From Candidatus Parcubacteria bacterium (lineage in GTDB: Bacteria; Patescibacteriota; Saccharimonadia; UBA4664; JBIOIQ01): 64,000 nucleotides of DNA. The notes below the pieces were generated by a model. It was given only the letters and a program-made list of their open reading frames with translations. It was not told the DNA's origin and did not search any database. The translations under genes were made by a program, and so were the position numbers. Shown piece after piece: positions 43,722-53,121 of the stretch (position 1 is its first letter; each line of letters starts with the position of its first letter). Location: the NCBI GenBank assembly GCA_963718875.1, contig OY970378.1, positions 324,396 through 388,395 on the forward strand. The letters are read 5' to 3'.

Positions 43722-43775
43722 TTCGACTCACTTTAACTATCGTTAAAGCTCGCTCATGGTAAACCATTCTCCTGT
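43715..43775 (+). repeat. conserved 3'-flank module, tmRNA copy
   Basis: See the copy at 4822-4866. Confidence 0.7.
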
Positions 43776-43804
43776 AAAAAGTGAGGAGAATGACCCTGAG
43801 CTTG

Positions 43805-43822
43805 TCGAAGGGCCATTAAAAG
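43805..43822. repeat. family C motif, copy 4 (downstream of tmRNA)
   Basis: CCCTGAGCTTGTCGAAGGG. Confidence 0.6.
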
Positions 43823-43852
43823 CACCTTCGGAGTCGGTTGCAATTATTTAAA

Positions 43853-43883
43853 CAAAAAAACCTGAGGGAACTCAGGTTTTTGT
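43853..43883. terminator. bidirectional terminator hairpin after ssrA
   Basis: AAAAAAACCTGAGggaaCTCAGGTTTTTGT. Confidence 0.5.
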
Positions 43884-43896
43884 ATTTAAGGAATTT

Positions 43897-44152
43897 ATGA
43901 AGCCTTGGTTTGTTTATATCGCAAAAGCGCGAACTGGCAGGTATTACACAGGAATCACGACTGATTCCGACGAAAGAATCAAAAAACACAATGAGGGCAA
44001 AGGGGCTATGTTTGCAATTGAGCAAGGACCCTTCGAGCTAATATTGTTCTGAGCCTTTTGAAGAAAAATCTGAGGCTAGAATCCGCGAAATCCAAATCAA
44101 GGGCTGGAGTAAGATTAAAAAAGAAAAACTGATTAACGGTGAGTGGGAATAA
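43897..44152 (+). pseudogene. GIY-YIG nuclease-superfamily protein (YhbQ/UPF0213-like), disrupted by a single frameshift
   Basis: Frame 1 reads MKPWFVYIAKARTGRYYTGITTDSDERIKKHNEGKGAMFAIEQGPFELILF then stops. The conserved C-terminus SEPFEEKSEARIREIQIKGWSKIKKEKLINGEWE continues in the +1 frame from about 44041. Confidence 0.55.
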
Positions 44153-44181
44153 AGCTTCCTTGTTTTTGATACAATGGCACA

Positions 44182-44586
44182 ATGAAACCAACTCTCCGAA
44201 CAGCAGGATGCTTTATTCAATATGAGGGCAAATTTCTTATACTACTACGCGGTGTTACGTCAAGACAGCCCAATACATGGGGTTTGCCAGCAGGCAAAGT
44301 TGAAGAAGGTGAGTCCGATTCGACAACGGTTTTGAGAGAAGTCAGGGAGGAGACCGGCTACCAAGCATCAGCAGATGAGCTGGAGCTAATCAGAGTTCAT
44401 GAATACGATTTTCCAGATTTCCATCTATCCTTTCCGACATATAGGATAAAACTCAAGAAGCCGATTGCAGTTGTTATTAATACGAACGAGCATACGGAGT
44501 ATCGTTGGGTATCTGCGGGTGAATGCTTAGAGCTACCTAATCTTATTGAAGGGTTCGCTGAATTAATAGAAAAAGTAGCGGTATGA
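44182..44586 (+). CDS. NUDIX hydrolase
   Basis: Nudix box GLPAGKVEEGESDSTTVLREVREETG. Confidence 0.7.
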   Translation: MKPTLRTAGCFIQYEGKFLILLRGVTSRQPNTWGLPAGKVEEGESDSTTVLREVREETGYQASADELELIRVHEYDFPDFHLSFPTYRIKLKKPIAVVINTNEHTEYRWVSAGECLELPNLIEGFAELIEKVAV

Positions 44587-44822
44587 AAACGAAATTTATC
44601 CTTCATGGTGGGCGGTTGAAACTGAAAGATGAGCGGAATAACACTTACTTTCAGGAGTTGGCTCGTGATTTGGTGGATGGGGATGAAGTATTATTTATTG
44701 GGTTTGCTACGATGGATGACTTCGATCGTAGCGACAATGGCCCTTTGATTACTGTTGTATTTTTTACTACGTTTTTAAGTACAAAGCCATTGACAATAGG
44801 GTATAAGTTTGCTATAGTGTGA
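44583..44822 (+). CDS. peptidase S51-like N-terminal fragment (possible truncated remnant)
   Basis: FILHGGRLK ... EVLFIGFATMDD parallels the N-terminus of the S51 gene at 10877 but the ORF ends after 79 aa. Confidence 0.3.
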   Translation: MKTKFILHGGRLKLKDERNNTYFQELARDLVDGDEVLFIGFATMDDFDRSDNGPLITVVFFTTFLSTKPLTIGYKFAIV

Positions 44823-44858
44823 GCAAGTAAAAAATAACAAAAACAAAAGGAAATAAAA

Positions 44859-45245
44859 GTGGCTACCAAGCGCAAAAGATCGGTCAAAAGACAGAACAAT
44901 TTTTATGAAGTAATCGGTGCCTCAGCGAATCGCTCATTAGCCATTCCAGCTGTTGCTGATCACGCAAAAAATGTTTCAAAATTAGTAACAGTTGCATTAG
45001 CAGCTGCTATTCTTGTCATTGCTATTACAGCACGTTCTACAGTATTAGTAAGCACTCCTGAAGTAACTCCAGCTGGCTCAATTGGTATAACTGGTGCTAA
45101 TCTGGCTGATGTTAAATTGCAAAATGCCCAGACCGTTGAGTCGTACCAATCTACCCGCAGTGACCTACAGGTTCAGGATGGTTCTAAGCTCCAGGCTTAC
45201 TCCGACTCGGCTAACCTTCAAGGTGGCATTCCTACTCAGCAATAA
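44859..45245 (+). CDS. hypothetical membrane-anchored protein
   Basis: GTG start. Basic N-terminus and one TM helix. Confidence 0.4.
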   Translation: MATKRKRSVKRQNNFYEVIGASANRSLAIPAVADHAKNVSKLVTVALAAAILVIAITARSTVLVSTPEVTPAGSIGITGANLADVKLQNAQTVESYQSTRSDLQVQDGSKLQAYSDSANLQGGIPTQQ

Positions 45246-45417
45246 GCTTTCTTATAAAAAGCGGTTCAAGATTATTCTGAGCCGTTTTTTTATTTTGAAG
45301 TATTTATCAATGGTAGATATTACAAAAATAAAGCCTTAAAAATTCTTTTATAACATTGCTTAAAGACCCCTAAGTTCGCTAGTGGTAAGTTTAGACTTGT
45401 ATTTTTAAGGGGGTTTT

Positions 45418-45645
45418 ATGACCAAACAAAAATTGCCACTCGAACCTGTTAAGCGGGTGAAAAATGAATATTTAAGCGGATCGACAGGGGTAGTTGTGCT
45501 CGAGCGGAGTGATGATCAGGAGATAACTTTGCGATTTTTGAACGCTAACCCAGAGTGGGGTTCTAGGGTAAAGGAAGTTAAGCTGGATTTTGATCTGGCA
45601 GAGCAGCTCCAGCGGCTGCTAGCAGCGGAGCTAGAAGACTATTAA
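45418..45645 (+). CDS. small hypothetical protein
   Basis: TAAGGGGG Shine-Dalgarno 4 nt before the ATG. Confidence 0.4.
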   Translation: MTKQKLPLEPVKRVKNEYLSGSTGVVVLERSDDQEITLRFLNANPEWGSRVKEVKLDFDLAEQLQRLLAAELEDY

Positions 45646-45704
45646 CGGGTAGGTTCTATAAAGGGTCCGTGATTATATTTGCAGTCCTGTTACAATTGTA
45701 GTTA

Positions 45705-46370
45705 ATGACTAAAAAAACGATGTTGATTGTAGGTGTAGGAGCATTGGCCTTAGCGTTGGCAGCCATTGGTATTTGGGTATGGTATTGGAAATCTATTTAC
45801 CCGCAGGTTGCTTCAAACGCCACAATTGGTGCAGCCGTGCCTTTAAGTAATAACAATAGTAGCAAAACTATACCCCTAAGCTCAGACGACACGCCAGACC
45901 CCAATGCGCTTAAGGTGGTGAGCGAAGGAAATGGTCAAACTGGCTCGGCCTCACTTTCGTCATCTTCACCAGGTGCAAGCAACTCTAGCTCATCAAGCAG
46001 CACTGATACGCCGGATAAGTTTAAAGAATACGATAAGTACAAAGATGCATCCGATGCTTTGTTTGGCGAAATAGTTGTGGGTGCTGGTCCAGTCGCAGAA
46101 GCCGGCAAGCAAATAATTGTAAATTATCGCGGCTGGTTGACCGATGGTCGGTTGTTTGATGATTCGTATCAAAAAGGCAAGCCATTCGTGTTTATACCTG
46201 GTGAACATAAAGTTATTCTAGGGTGGGAACAGGGGGTACTGGGAATGAAGGTGGGTGGTAAGAGACGTCTAATAGTGCCGCCAGTGGTTGGCTATGGGGC
46301 AGAAGGTAAGGATCCGATTCCGGGTAATGCGGTTTTAGTATTTGATATCGAGCTGGTCGGCGTTCAGTGA
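45705..46370 (+). CDS. FKBP-type peptidyl-prolyl cis-trans isomerase, membrane-anchored
   Basis: N-terminal TM, Ser-rich linker and an FKBP domain (VNYRGWLTDGRLFDDSY ... LVFDIELVGV). Confidence 0.75.
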   Translation: MTKKTMLIVGVGALALALAAIGIWVWYWKSIYPQVASNATIGAAVPLSNNNSSKTIPLSSDDTPDPNALKVVSEGNGQTGSASLSSSSPGASNSSSSSSTDTPDKFKEYDKYKDASDALFGEIVVGAGPVAEAGKQIIVNYRGWLTDGRLFDDSYQKGKPFVFIPGEHKVILGWEQGVLGMKVGGKRRLIVPPVVGYGAEGKDPIPGNAVLVFDIELVGVQ

Positions 46371-46544
46371 AAAACTACATACATAGCGTATTACTGCGCC
46401 AAGCCTGCGTTCCGCACTCAACGTAGCTTTAACTACGTATTGCTTACGGTACTGGGCTTTCCTCGTACTCCATAGATGTATGTGACTTTTAAGTAGGGTA
46501 GGTGTCGATTCTTTCAGTCCGCATTCGCCTTAGGCATAACTACG

Positions 46545-46600
46545 GCTCTCCGTTAGCTGACGGATACGGGCTTCATTTCTCCTTCTGCTGCACCACAGTA
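46545..46600 (+). repeat. family D module, full copy
   Basis: GCTCTCCGTTAGCTGACGGATACGGGCTTCATTTCTCCTTCTGCTGCA. Confidence 0.6.
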
Positions 46601-46695
46601 GGTAGCTTCGGGGTCAGGTTGGGGTATCCGCCCCATCTCTTAAGCTCTTATAGACGATGATTACACTTGCGATGTAGATATTACAACTTTATTAT

Positions 46696-47247
46696 TTACA
46701 TCCAGCCGTGTTTTTGCATGGTTTGAAGTAGTTTTTGCCGGTAAGGCTCCTCGCGCCAATAGCCTGGATAATCGATCAATGCATCGTTTATAACATTTAG
46801 GCCAGCCTCCTTTAAGGGTCCAGAAGCAATGTTGTAGGGGTTGGATTTGATCAAAATAATTTTAGTGTTCGGTCCTGATAAAGCTTCAATTTTTGTTATA
46901 AGTTGAGGTAGAATGTCCTTAATTTTTTGTTTGCGCACTGCTGGAGTCGTGCCGTGAGGAAGTGATTCTTCTAAGGATTCTATCATGTAACATCCGTCAC
47001 TCTGAAAGCGCTTGAGCCAATCATGTTTTTGCCGTGCTAAGTCGGTTTCGCCTATGTTCAATACTTCGGGGTACAGGGCTTTTACGGTATTAGTAAAGAG
47101 TCGGTCGCCCTCACCAACATCATTAAGGTAAAAATGACGTGTACTGATTGTACCCGCTGGCGGGGGAGCTGACTCAGCTACAAACAACCACTTAATATCG
47201 GCTGGTTTGTAGGTTTGACGTATTAATTCGTATTGTTGATCGGCCAC
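46696..47247 (-). CDS. hypothetical protein
   Basis: 183-aa ORF with no recognised motif. Confidence 0.4.
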   Translation of the reverse strand: MADQQYELIRQTYKPADIKWLFVAESAPPPAGTISTRHFYLNDVGEGDRLFTNTVKALYPEVLNIGETDLARQKHDWLKRFQSDGCYMIESLEESLPHGTTPAVRKQKIKDILPQLITKIEALSGPNTKIILIKSNPYNIASGPLKEAGLNVINDALIDYPGYWREEPYRQKLLQTMQKHGWM

Positions 47248-47382
47248 GTGGTTATTTTACCATTATAGGAACAGCTCTAGTCTTGAGGTTTATTATTGCC
47301 TTAGTCGAGATACTGGAGCCAGTTTCTGATAAAATATGATGGTGTCTAACTTTTGATGGCTGAAATCAACGAGAGGAAGTAC

Positions 47383-47835
47383 ATGTATACGGTGAGATTA
47401 GGCAACAAGGTCCGCCGAGGTTTAGTCGCGAGTGCTGTACTGGCTTTCATGCTGATCGCTAGGGCTGCCGAGATGCCCGCCACGGCCTATAACCAGCATC
47501 CCACTGTGTGGGGTCAAACCCGGCTCAGTGAGCCAGATAACGGAAATGTGCTTTTCCGTTATGGCCCGGATGGCACACTGGTGGACGCATACGCAACTAA
47601 CTCAGTGCCTGGGCGGGACTACAATCTTGTAATCGGTAAGGTGTTGGGGATGAATCCTTGCGGAGCAGACACCCATATTGTTAACCCTCGTCCGAACACT
47701 TCCGACAGTACGGGCAAGTTGGGCACGATTACAGGAAATATCCCTTCTACAACTCCTCAAGGCTGGTGGTCTCTATGCTTTGAAGAGGTAGATGGTTCGA
47801 CGACTACGTCCGGGGTGCCCTTTACGGTCATCTAG
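47383..47835 (+). CDS. hypothetical secreted protein (signal peptide), moderately GC-elevated
   Basis: GAGAGGAAG Shine-Dalgarno. N-region RLGNKVRR then a hydrophobic core and ARAAEMPA. Confidence 0.4.
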   Translation: MYTVRLGNKVRRGLVASAVLAFMLIARAAEMPATAYNQHPTVWGQTRLSEPDNGNVLFRYGPDGTLVDAYATNSVPGRDYNLVIGKVLGMNPCGADTHIVNPRPNTSDSTGKLGTITGNIPSTTPQGWWSLCFEEVDGSTTTSGVPFTVI

Positions 47836-48031
47836 AGATGTCTGAACACTATTCGCGCGACCGACGACTTCGGCAAACAGCCTTGACCGGCTGCTGCTTG
47901 GTTTCATCTTGAGGGATGGAACCTTTACCCAAGTTTATAAAAGACTTATAGCCTTAGGTAAAGGAGAAGTAATGATATATAGGTTACCCCTTGTGCTTGC
48001 AAAGGTTATTTTGGCGGTAGAAAATTGATTA

Positions 48032-48346
48032 ATGGGAATCATAAATCAATCCGAAGAGCGGCGCAAAAAGAACGAAATCGAGTTTCGTGATTTTAATGTG
48101 GCTAATAGAGAAGCTTTAGAAAATGTTATGGATGAAGAGTCGAAAGTTAGTTTTCCGCTAGGCATGGTGTGTGAATGCTCAAACCCAAATTGTTTTGAAA
48201 GGATCGAATTAACTGTGGCGCAAAGGAAGGAAATTCGAAAAGATCCGTTGGTTTTTGTCATTGCACCCGGACACCAAGACAATCAGATTGAAAAAGTTAT
48301 AGATCAGCACAAATATTACGCTTTGGTAAAAAAATACTCTAATTAA
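48032..48346 (+). CDS. hypothetical protein
   Basis: 104-aa ORF. Confidence 0.35.
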   Translation: MGIINQSEERRKKNEIEFRDFNVANREALENVMDEESKVSFPLGMVCECSNPNCFERIELTVAQRKEIRKDPLVFVIAPGHQDNQIEKVIDQHKYYALVKKYSN

Positions 48347-48396
48347 CGTTCGCTTTTGTTTGGTTTGGTGACATAGGCCTTAGAAATATAAAATGC

Positions 48397-48960
48397 TTGC
48401 CTGAGACTCTGTTCAATATTGCGGATATCTTAGGTTTGCTTTACATTTTATTTATGAATAATGCACGGCTTCTTGCAAGCAAGGAACAACTTGAGAAAAT
48501 TTTGCAACATGTGGCAGATGGTATTACAGTCCAGTCCAAGGCGGGAGGGCTGGTGTATGTAAATCAATCTGCTGCCAAGATTATGGGTTTTAGTGAGCCG
48601 TCAGAGGTGTATAGCGTCTCCGTGACAGATCTTTTGTCGCGGTTTGAGATTATGGATGAAAATCTTCAACCGTTAGATATTGCTGAGCTACCTGGAAGGT
48701 TGGCTTTGAAAGGTGAAGAAGAGCCGGCGAAGATTATAGGTTTTCGAGTTCGCCCACATAATAAAGTATCGTGGTCCTCTGTAAAGGCCTCGCCGATTTA
48801 TGACAAGCCTGGAGAGGTCGGATTTGTGGTAAACGTTTTTCAGGACATCACAGATCTTAAGCAAACCGAAATTGAACTTCGTGAAGCTAATAACCGCATC
48901 ACAAAATTGTTGGAAACAGTTTTAGATAAAGACATTTTGCCTGTTACCAACGTAAAATAG
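48397..48960 (+). CDS. PAS-domain sensor protein (no output domain)
   Basis: PAS S-box pattern (LEKILQHVADGITVQSKAGGLVYVNQSAAKIMGF ... ). Confidence 0.5.
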   Translation: MPETLFNIADILGLLYILFMNNARLLASKEQLEKILQHVADGITVQSKAGGLVYVNQSAAKIMGFSEPSEVYSVSVTDLLSRFEIMDENLQPLDIAELPGRLALKGEEEPAKIIGFRVRPHNKVSWSSVKASPIYDKPGEVGFVVNVFQDITDLKQTEIELREANNRITKLLETVLDKDILPVTNVK

Positions 48961-49044
48961 TTGTAAATAAAACAACATTAATTATAATTTTTGGGTTTTG
49001 TGTATCTAGAGTTGAAAAAATTATCAATGTGGTATATTTGCATT

Positions 49045-50130
49045 ATGAACCGCAGTTCTAATAAAAAAACTTTATATGTGATTCTATGCTGCGTAATCGT
49101 TTTACTTGTCGCTGGGTGTGTGTATACCTTGAATAAGGTAAGTAACGTTAAGGATTTGGCAGAAGCAGTTCCACTAAAAACGACTAGTTTTAAATATGCA
49201 TGTAAAGGTGATCCCCAGAGCCTACCTTGCTTACAAAAGCAGTATCAAAAGCTAACAAGCGAGCAAGGTGTTGCAAGGGCTTTTGAGCAGCTTAAGAAGG
49301 CGTACGATAAAGACAGTAGTGTAAAAGCTGGGTGTCATCAGCTAGTTCATGTCATAGGGCGAGTGCAGGCGGAAAAATCGGCTTCGATTTCAGAGGTGTT
49401 TAGTCAGGGCGACCAATTTTGTTGGGCGGGTTACTTTCATGGGGCGATGGAAACGTTTATAGCTAAAATTGGCGCAGAAAATGTTGTAGGTAAACTTCCA
49501 ACTGTTTGTGCCCAAATAAAAGCTGAAAAACCGTATTCGTTTTATCATTACAACTGCGTTCATGGTATGGGGCATGGGGTTTTTTCGATTGAAGATAATG
49601 ATTTAATGAAAACTCTATCTTTGTGCGACCGGGCGGGCGACAGTTGGGAGCAAAAATCTTGCCAGGGTGGTGCTTTTATGCAAAACGTCATGGCCGCGGA
49701 AGATCCCAATGATCACACTGATTTTTTGAAGGGTGATCAGCCGATGTATCCCTGTACGGCAGTATTAGAGCAGTATAAAGATCAATGTTATTTGATGCAA
49801 ACGTCATATGCTTTACGTCTGGCTCGCCAAAACTTTGCCACTGTTTTTGCACAGTGCGCTGGTATAGAAGAAAAATACCGCGATACTTGCTATCAGAGCT
49901 TGGGAAGGGATGCTTCTGGTAACAGCGTTAGTAATGTAGATCAGACCAAAGCTACTTGTATGCTAGGAAGCACTCAAAATGCCCGTGCTAACTGCATCAT
50001 TGGAGCGGTCAAAGATTTTGTATCGTATTTTCATAGCGATAAGCAAGCAACCCAGTTGTGCCAAGTGCTTGATGCCAGCCTTTCAACCGTCTGTGAAGCA
50101 ACCAAAAAGTCATACTACGAGACATTCTAG
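49045..50130 (+). CDS. Cys-rich hypothetical lipoprotein
   Basis: Lipobox-like LVAGC after a basic N-region. More than 20 Cys residues. Confidence 0.4.
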   Translation: MNRSSNKKTLYVILCCVIVLLVAGCVYTLNKVSNVKDLAEAVPLKTTSFKYACKGDPQSLPCLQKQYQKLTSEQGVARAFEQLKKAYDKDSSVKAGCHQLVHVIGRVQAEKSASISEVFSQGDQFCWAGYFHGAMETFIAKIGAENVVGKLPTVCAQIKAEKPYSFYHYNCVHGMGHGVFSIEDNDLMKTLSLCDRAGDSWEQKSCQGGAFMQNVMAAEDPNDHTDFLKGDQPMYPCTAVLEQYKDQCYLMQTSYALRLARQNFATVFAQCAGIEEKYRDTCYQSLGRDASGNSVSNVDQTKATCMLGSTQNARANCIIGAVKDFVSYFHSDKQATQLCQVLDASLSTVCEATKKSYYETF

Positions 50131-50159
50131 CCTTTTAGTGATGTAAAGCGTAACCGTAA

Positions 50160-51509
50160 TTGACATCCTCTGGCAACCCGGAGTACGCTTTTAGTTATAA
50201 GCCGATGGAAAATATAACTACTCGATATTTTGATCCCGAAGAACTGGAGCCGGTTCTTGAATATATCGATAGGATGTGGGCGGTTTTGACCGTATATAAT
50301 CCCAAGGATCGAGGGACTCTAATAGGTCTACCTAAACCTTATATTGTACCTAGTAGTCGTAGCAATGCAGGGTTTAGTTTTAAAGAATCGTATTATTGGG
50401 ATAGTTTTTTCATAGCCCAAGGACTTTTTGGTACCAGGCATAAAAAACTAGCTGGCGATATGCTGGAAAATTTAATTTACCTGCAACGCCGTTTTGGTAT
50501 TATTCCTAACGGTAACCGATTTTATTTTTTGAGCCGATCTCAACCACCTTTCTTGACTACTTACATTTTGCAGGTGTACCACCATTTACGCAAAAGCAAA
50601 AAATGGTTAAGTAGGGCAATGGCGGCTGCGGAGTCGGAGTATTTACAAGTTTGGACAAATAGCGAACATCCCAACAATCGTGTTGTGTTTCAAGGCCTTA
50701 GCCGTAACTATGATATTAATTTAGAATCATCTTTAGCTGAAGCCGAAAGCGGCTGGGATATGACGCCCCGATTTGGTAACCAATGCCTAGATTATTTACC
50801 GGTTGATCTTAATGCGCTGTTATATAAATACGAAAAAGATTTTGAAAATGCAAACCGTATCTTGGAGAGGCAGCAGGACGCTTTAATGTGGGCAAAGCGG
50901 GCCTATCGTCGAAAAGTAACCATGAACAAGTTGATGTGGGATGATAAATCTGGCATGTACTTTGATTACAATTACAAACAAGGCGATAAAAGTTTGGTTT
51001 GGTCGCTTGCAGCTTATTTTCCATTGTGGGCAGGAATGGTTAATGAGGCTCAGGCAAAGATGCTGGTAAAAAACTTAAGTAAGTTTCAGTTTCAAGGAGG
51101 TTTGGCTACTACAACAGCAGATGCAGTGGCAAGTACAAATGAGCGTTCGTTACAGTGGGAATACCCTAATGGATGGGCTCCATTGCAATGGATAGCGGTT
51201 GAGGGGTTGGTAAGGTATGGGTTTAGAGAAGAGGCTGATCTGGTTGTAAGAACTTGGATAAGCGCAAACTTAGCGATGTTTAAAAAACACCAAAGTTTGT
51301 TTGAAAAGTACAATGTGGTGAAGGTAGGGTCGTCGCCTAAGGCAGGTTTGTATCCTGCACAAGAGGGTTTTGGTTGGACAAATTCGTTGTTCTATCGTTT
51401 GAGTAATGATTACTTATTGCCTCAAGAGCTACAGCCAAGCGTTAAGCGTGCCCGTTCTCAGCTGAAATCATATTTAGAACCAGAATGGTCAATTAAAACT
51501 TCTAGCTGA
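50160..51509 (+). CDS. alpha,alpha-trehalase (glycoside hydrolase family 37)
   Basis: GH37 signatures (PGGRF-like RFGIIPNGNRFYFLSRSQPPF and WDMTPRFG ... GWAPLQWIAVEGL). Start may be the ATG at 50205. Confidence 0.75.
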   Translation: MTSSGNPEYAFSYKPMENITTRYFDPEELEPVLEYIDRMWAVLTVYNPKDRGTLIGLPKPYIVPSSRSNAGFSFKESYYWDSFFIAQGLFGTRHKKLAGDMLENLIYLQRRFGIIPNGNRFYFLSRSQPPFLTTYILQVYHHLRKSKKWLSRAMAAAESEYLQVWTNSEHPNNRVVFQGLSRNYDINLESSLAEAESGWDMTPRFGNQCLDYLPVDLNALLYKYEKDFENANRILERQQDALMWAKRAYRRKVTMNKLMWDDKSGMYFDYNYKQGDKSLVWSLAAYFPLWAGMVNEAQAKMLVKNLSKFQFQGGLATTTADAVASTNERSLQWEYPNGWAPLQWIAVEGLVRYGFREEADLVVRTWISANLAMFKKHQSLFEKYNVVKVGSSPKAGLYPAQEGFGWTNSLFYRLSNDYLLPQELQPSVKRARSQLKSYLEPEWSIKTSS

Positions 51510-53079
51510 CCTCAACCACACGATATACTTCTTCTACTGTGGTTAACCCTGCTATGGCTTTGAGCAATCCATCTTGAAGTAGGGTAATCATACCGTCTTT
51601 GGCGGCTTGTTCGGCAATAGCCCGGGTAGTTGAAGCTCCTGTTCCGCTACTAACAATAGCTTCCATAGCGGGTGTCATTTCTAGCATTTCTAGTAGTGAT
51701 ATGCGCCCAAAATATCCATAGTTGTTGCAAGATTCACAACCTTTGCCTCGTGAAAGAGTTATCTTTTCGGTGGGTTGGTAGATAGCGCTTGATACATTTC
51801 GTAGTGCAGCCTTAATTTGATTACTTTGGTTTTGGTCTGGTTCATAGGTTTGGGCGCAGTGTTCACAAACTTTGCGGATTAGCCTTTTGGCTACTATAAG
51901 TCGTAGTGATGATGGTAATAGTGGGTTTTGGCCAATCATATCCATTAAGCGACTGATGGCGGCGGAGGCACTATTGGCATGGAAGGTAGAAAGTACTAAA
52001 TGCCCGGTCAGGGCTGCTTGTAAGGCAGTCTTGGCAGTATCGATGTCGCGAATTTCACCAAGCATGATGACGTTGGGATCCTGTCTTAGAACAGCCCGGA
52101 GCTTTTCGGCAAACAGTTCGTTATCGTCAGCGTTTACGGGTATTTGGCTTGTTCCAGGAAGCTCGTATTCTACTGGGTCTTCTAGAGTAACAGCTTTTAT
52201 TTCGGGAGTGTTTACTTTGTTAATAATTGCGTAAAGCAATGAAGTCTTGCCGGAGTTAGTTGGGCCTACCGTTAAAATCATGCCATGCATATGGGTAATA
52301 ACTTCTTCAAGTTTTTGTTTTTGCGACTCTAACATAGACATACTCGCTAGGCTTAGATATTGGGCGTCGAGGATCAAAAGTCGGGCAATAATTTCTTCAC
52401 CGCGTAGAGTCGGAATACTTTCAAGGCGAACATTAAGAGTAAATTCTTTCCCGGATGAATCAGTCAGGATCTCATCAACACGTCCACCTTGAGGCCGGTC
52501 GCTTCCCCATGTCATATGGCCTTTGGTTTGCAGGCTACTTAATAAAATTTTGTAACTTTCAGGTGGCAACGTCATAACTTGATGCAGCGCACCGTCAATG
52601 CGGAATCGCACTAAGACTTGATCGAGCTTGGGTTCTATGTGGATGTCGGAAGCACGCATGTTATAGCCTTGTTGTGCTAAGAGCCTAAAAATATCGTCGC
52701 CTTTGGCGGTTTTGATTCTAGTAGCAATGTCCTCAAGCGATCCGCTGGAAACTTGACTCATAACGGCAGCATCCAGAACCTTGGCAATTTCATCGAAACT
52801 AGACTGGGTAATAACGTAAAAACGACATTGGTAGTCGGGGAAGCGTTGCTTGATAAATTGTAACCTGCCTAAATCTGTTTTAGATGTGACGCCAAAGTTG
52901 ACTTGGCCGCCAACTTTTCCGAGCGGGACTATTTGATATGTGGCAATGTCGTTTCCGCTCATAAGATTGGAGGCCTGATCGAACCCACTGGCATTGCGCA
53001 GATCAAGATAAACCGACTTATGTTCGGCCGCCCATTGCTTGGCTTTTAGTTCTTCTTGCTCGCGCTCACCATCTTGCAT
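51502..53079 (-). CDS. pilB: type IV pilus assembly / type II secretion ATPase (PilB/GspE family)
   Basis: Walker A GPTNSGKT, Asp and His boxes, tetracysteine motif (CEHC ... CESC) and an N-terminal GSPII_E_N domain. Confidence 0.8.
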   Translation of the reverse strand: MQDGEREQEELKAKQWAAEHKSVYLDLRNASGFDQASNLMSGNDIATYQIVPLGKVGGQVNFGVTSKTDLGRLQFIKQRFPDYQCRFYVITQSSFDEIAKVLDAAVMSQVSSGSLEDIATRIKTAKGDDIFRLLAQQGYNMRASDIHIEPKLDQVLVRFRIDGALHQVMTLPPESYKILLSSLQTKGHMTWGSDRPQGGRVDEILTDSSGKEFTLNVRLESIPTLRGEEIIARLLILDAQYLSLASMSMLESQKQKLEEVITHMHGMILTVGPTNSGKTSLLYAIINKVNTPEIKAVTLEDPVEYELPGTSQIPVNADDNELFAEKLRAVLRQDPNVIMLGEIRDIDTAKTALQAALTGHLVLSTFHANSASAAISRLMDMIGQNPLLPSSLRLIVAKRLIRKVCEHCAQTYEPDQNQSNQIKAALRNVSSAIYQPTEKITLSRGKGCESCNNYGYFGRISLLEMLEMTPAMEAIVSSGTGASTTRAIAEQAAKDGMITLLQDGLLKAIAGLTTVEEVYRVVEVS

Positions 53080-53121
53080 CTTATGCTTAACTATATCATG
53101 AGCACTTTGGCTTGCGTAGAG

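Noticed and set aside
4822-43775. Idea that the direct repeats after tRNA-Val and tmRNA delimit a 39-kb integrated island
   Set aside because: The intervening segment carries core single-copy genes (thrS, miaA, murT/gatD, rpmB, infC-rpmI-rplT) at native composition. A shared 3'-trailer module is more parsimonious. Kept only as an alternative in the findings.
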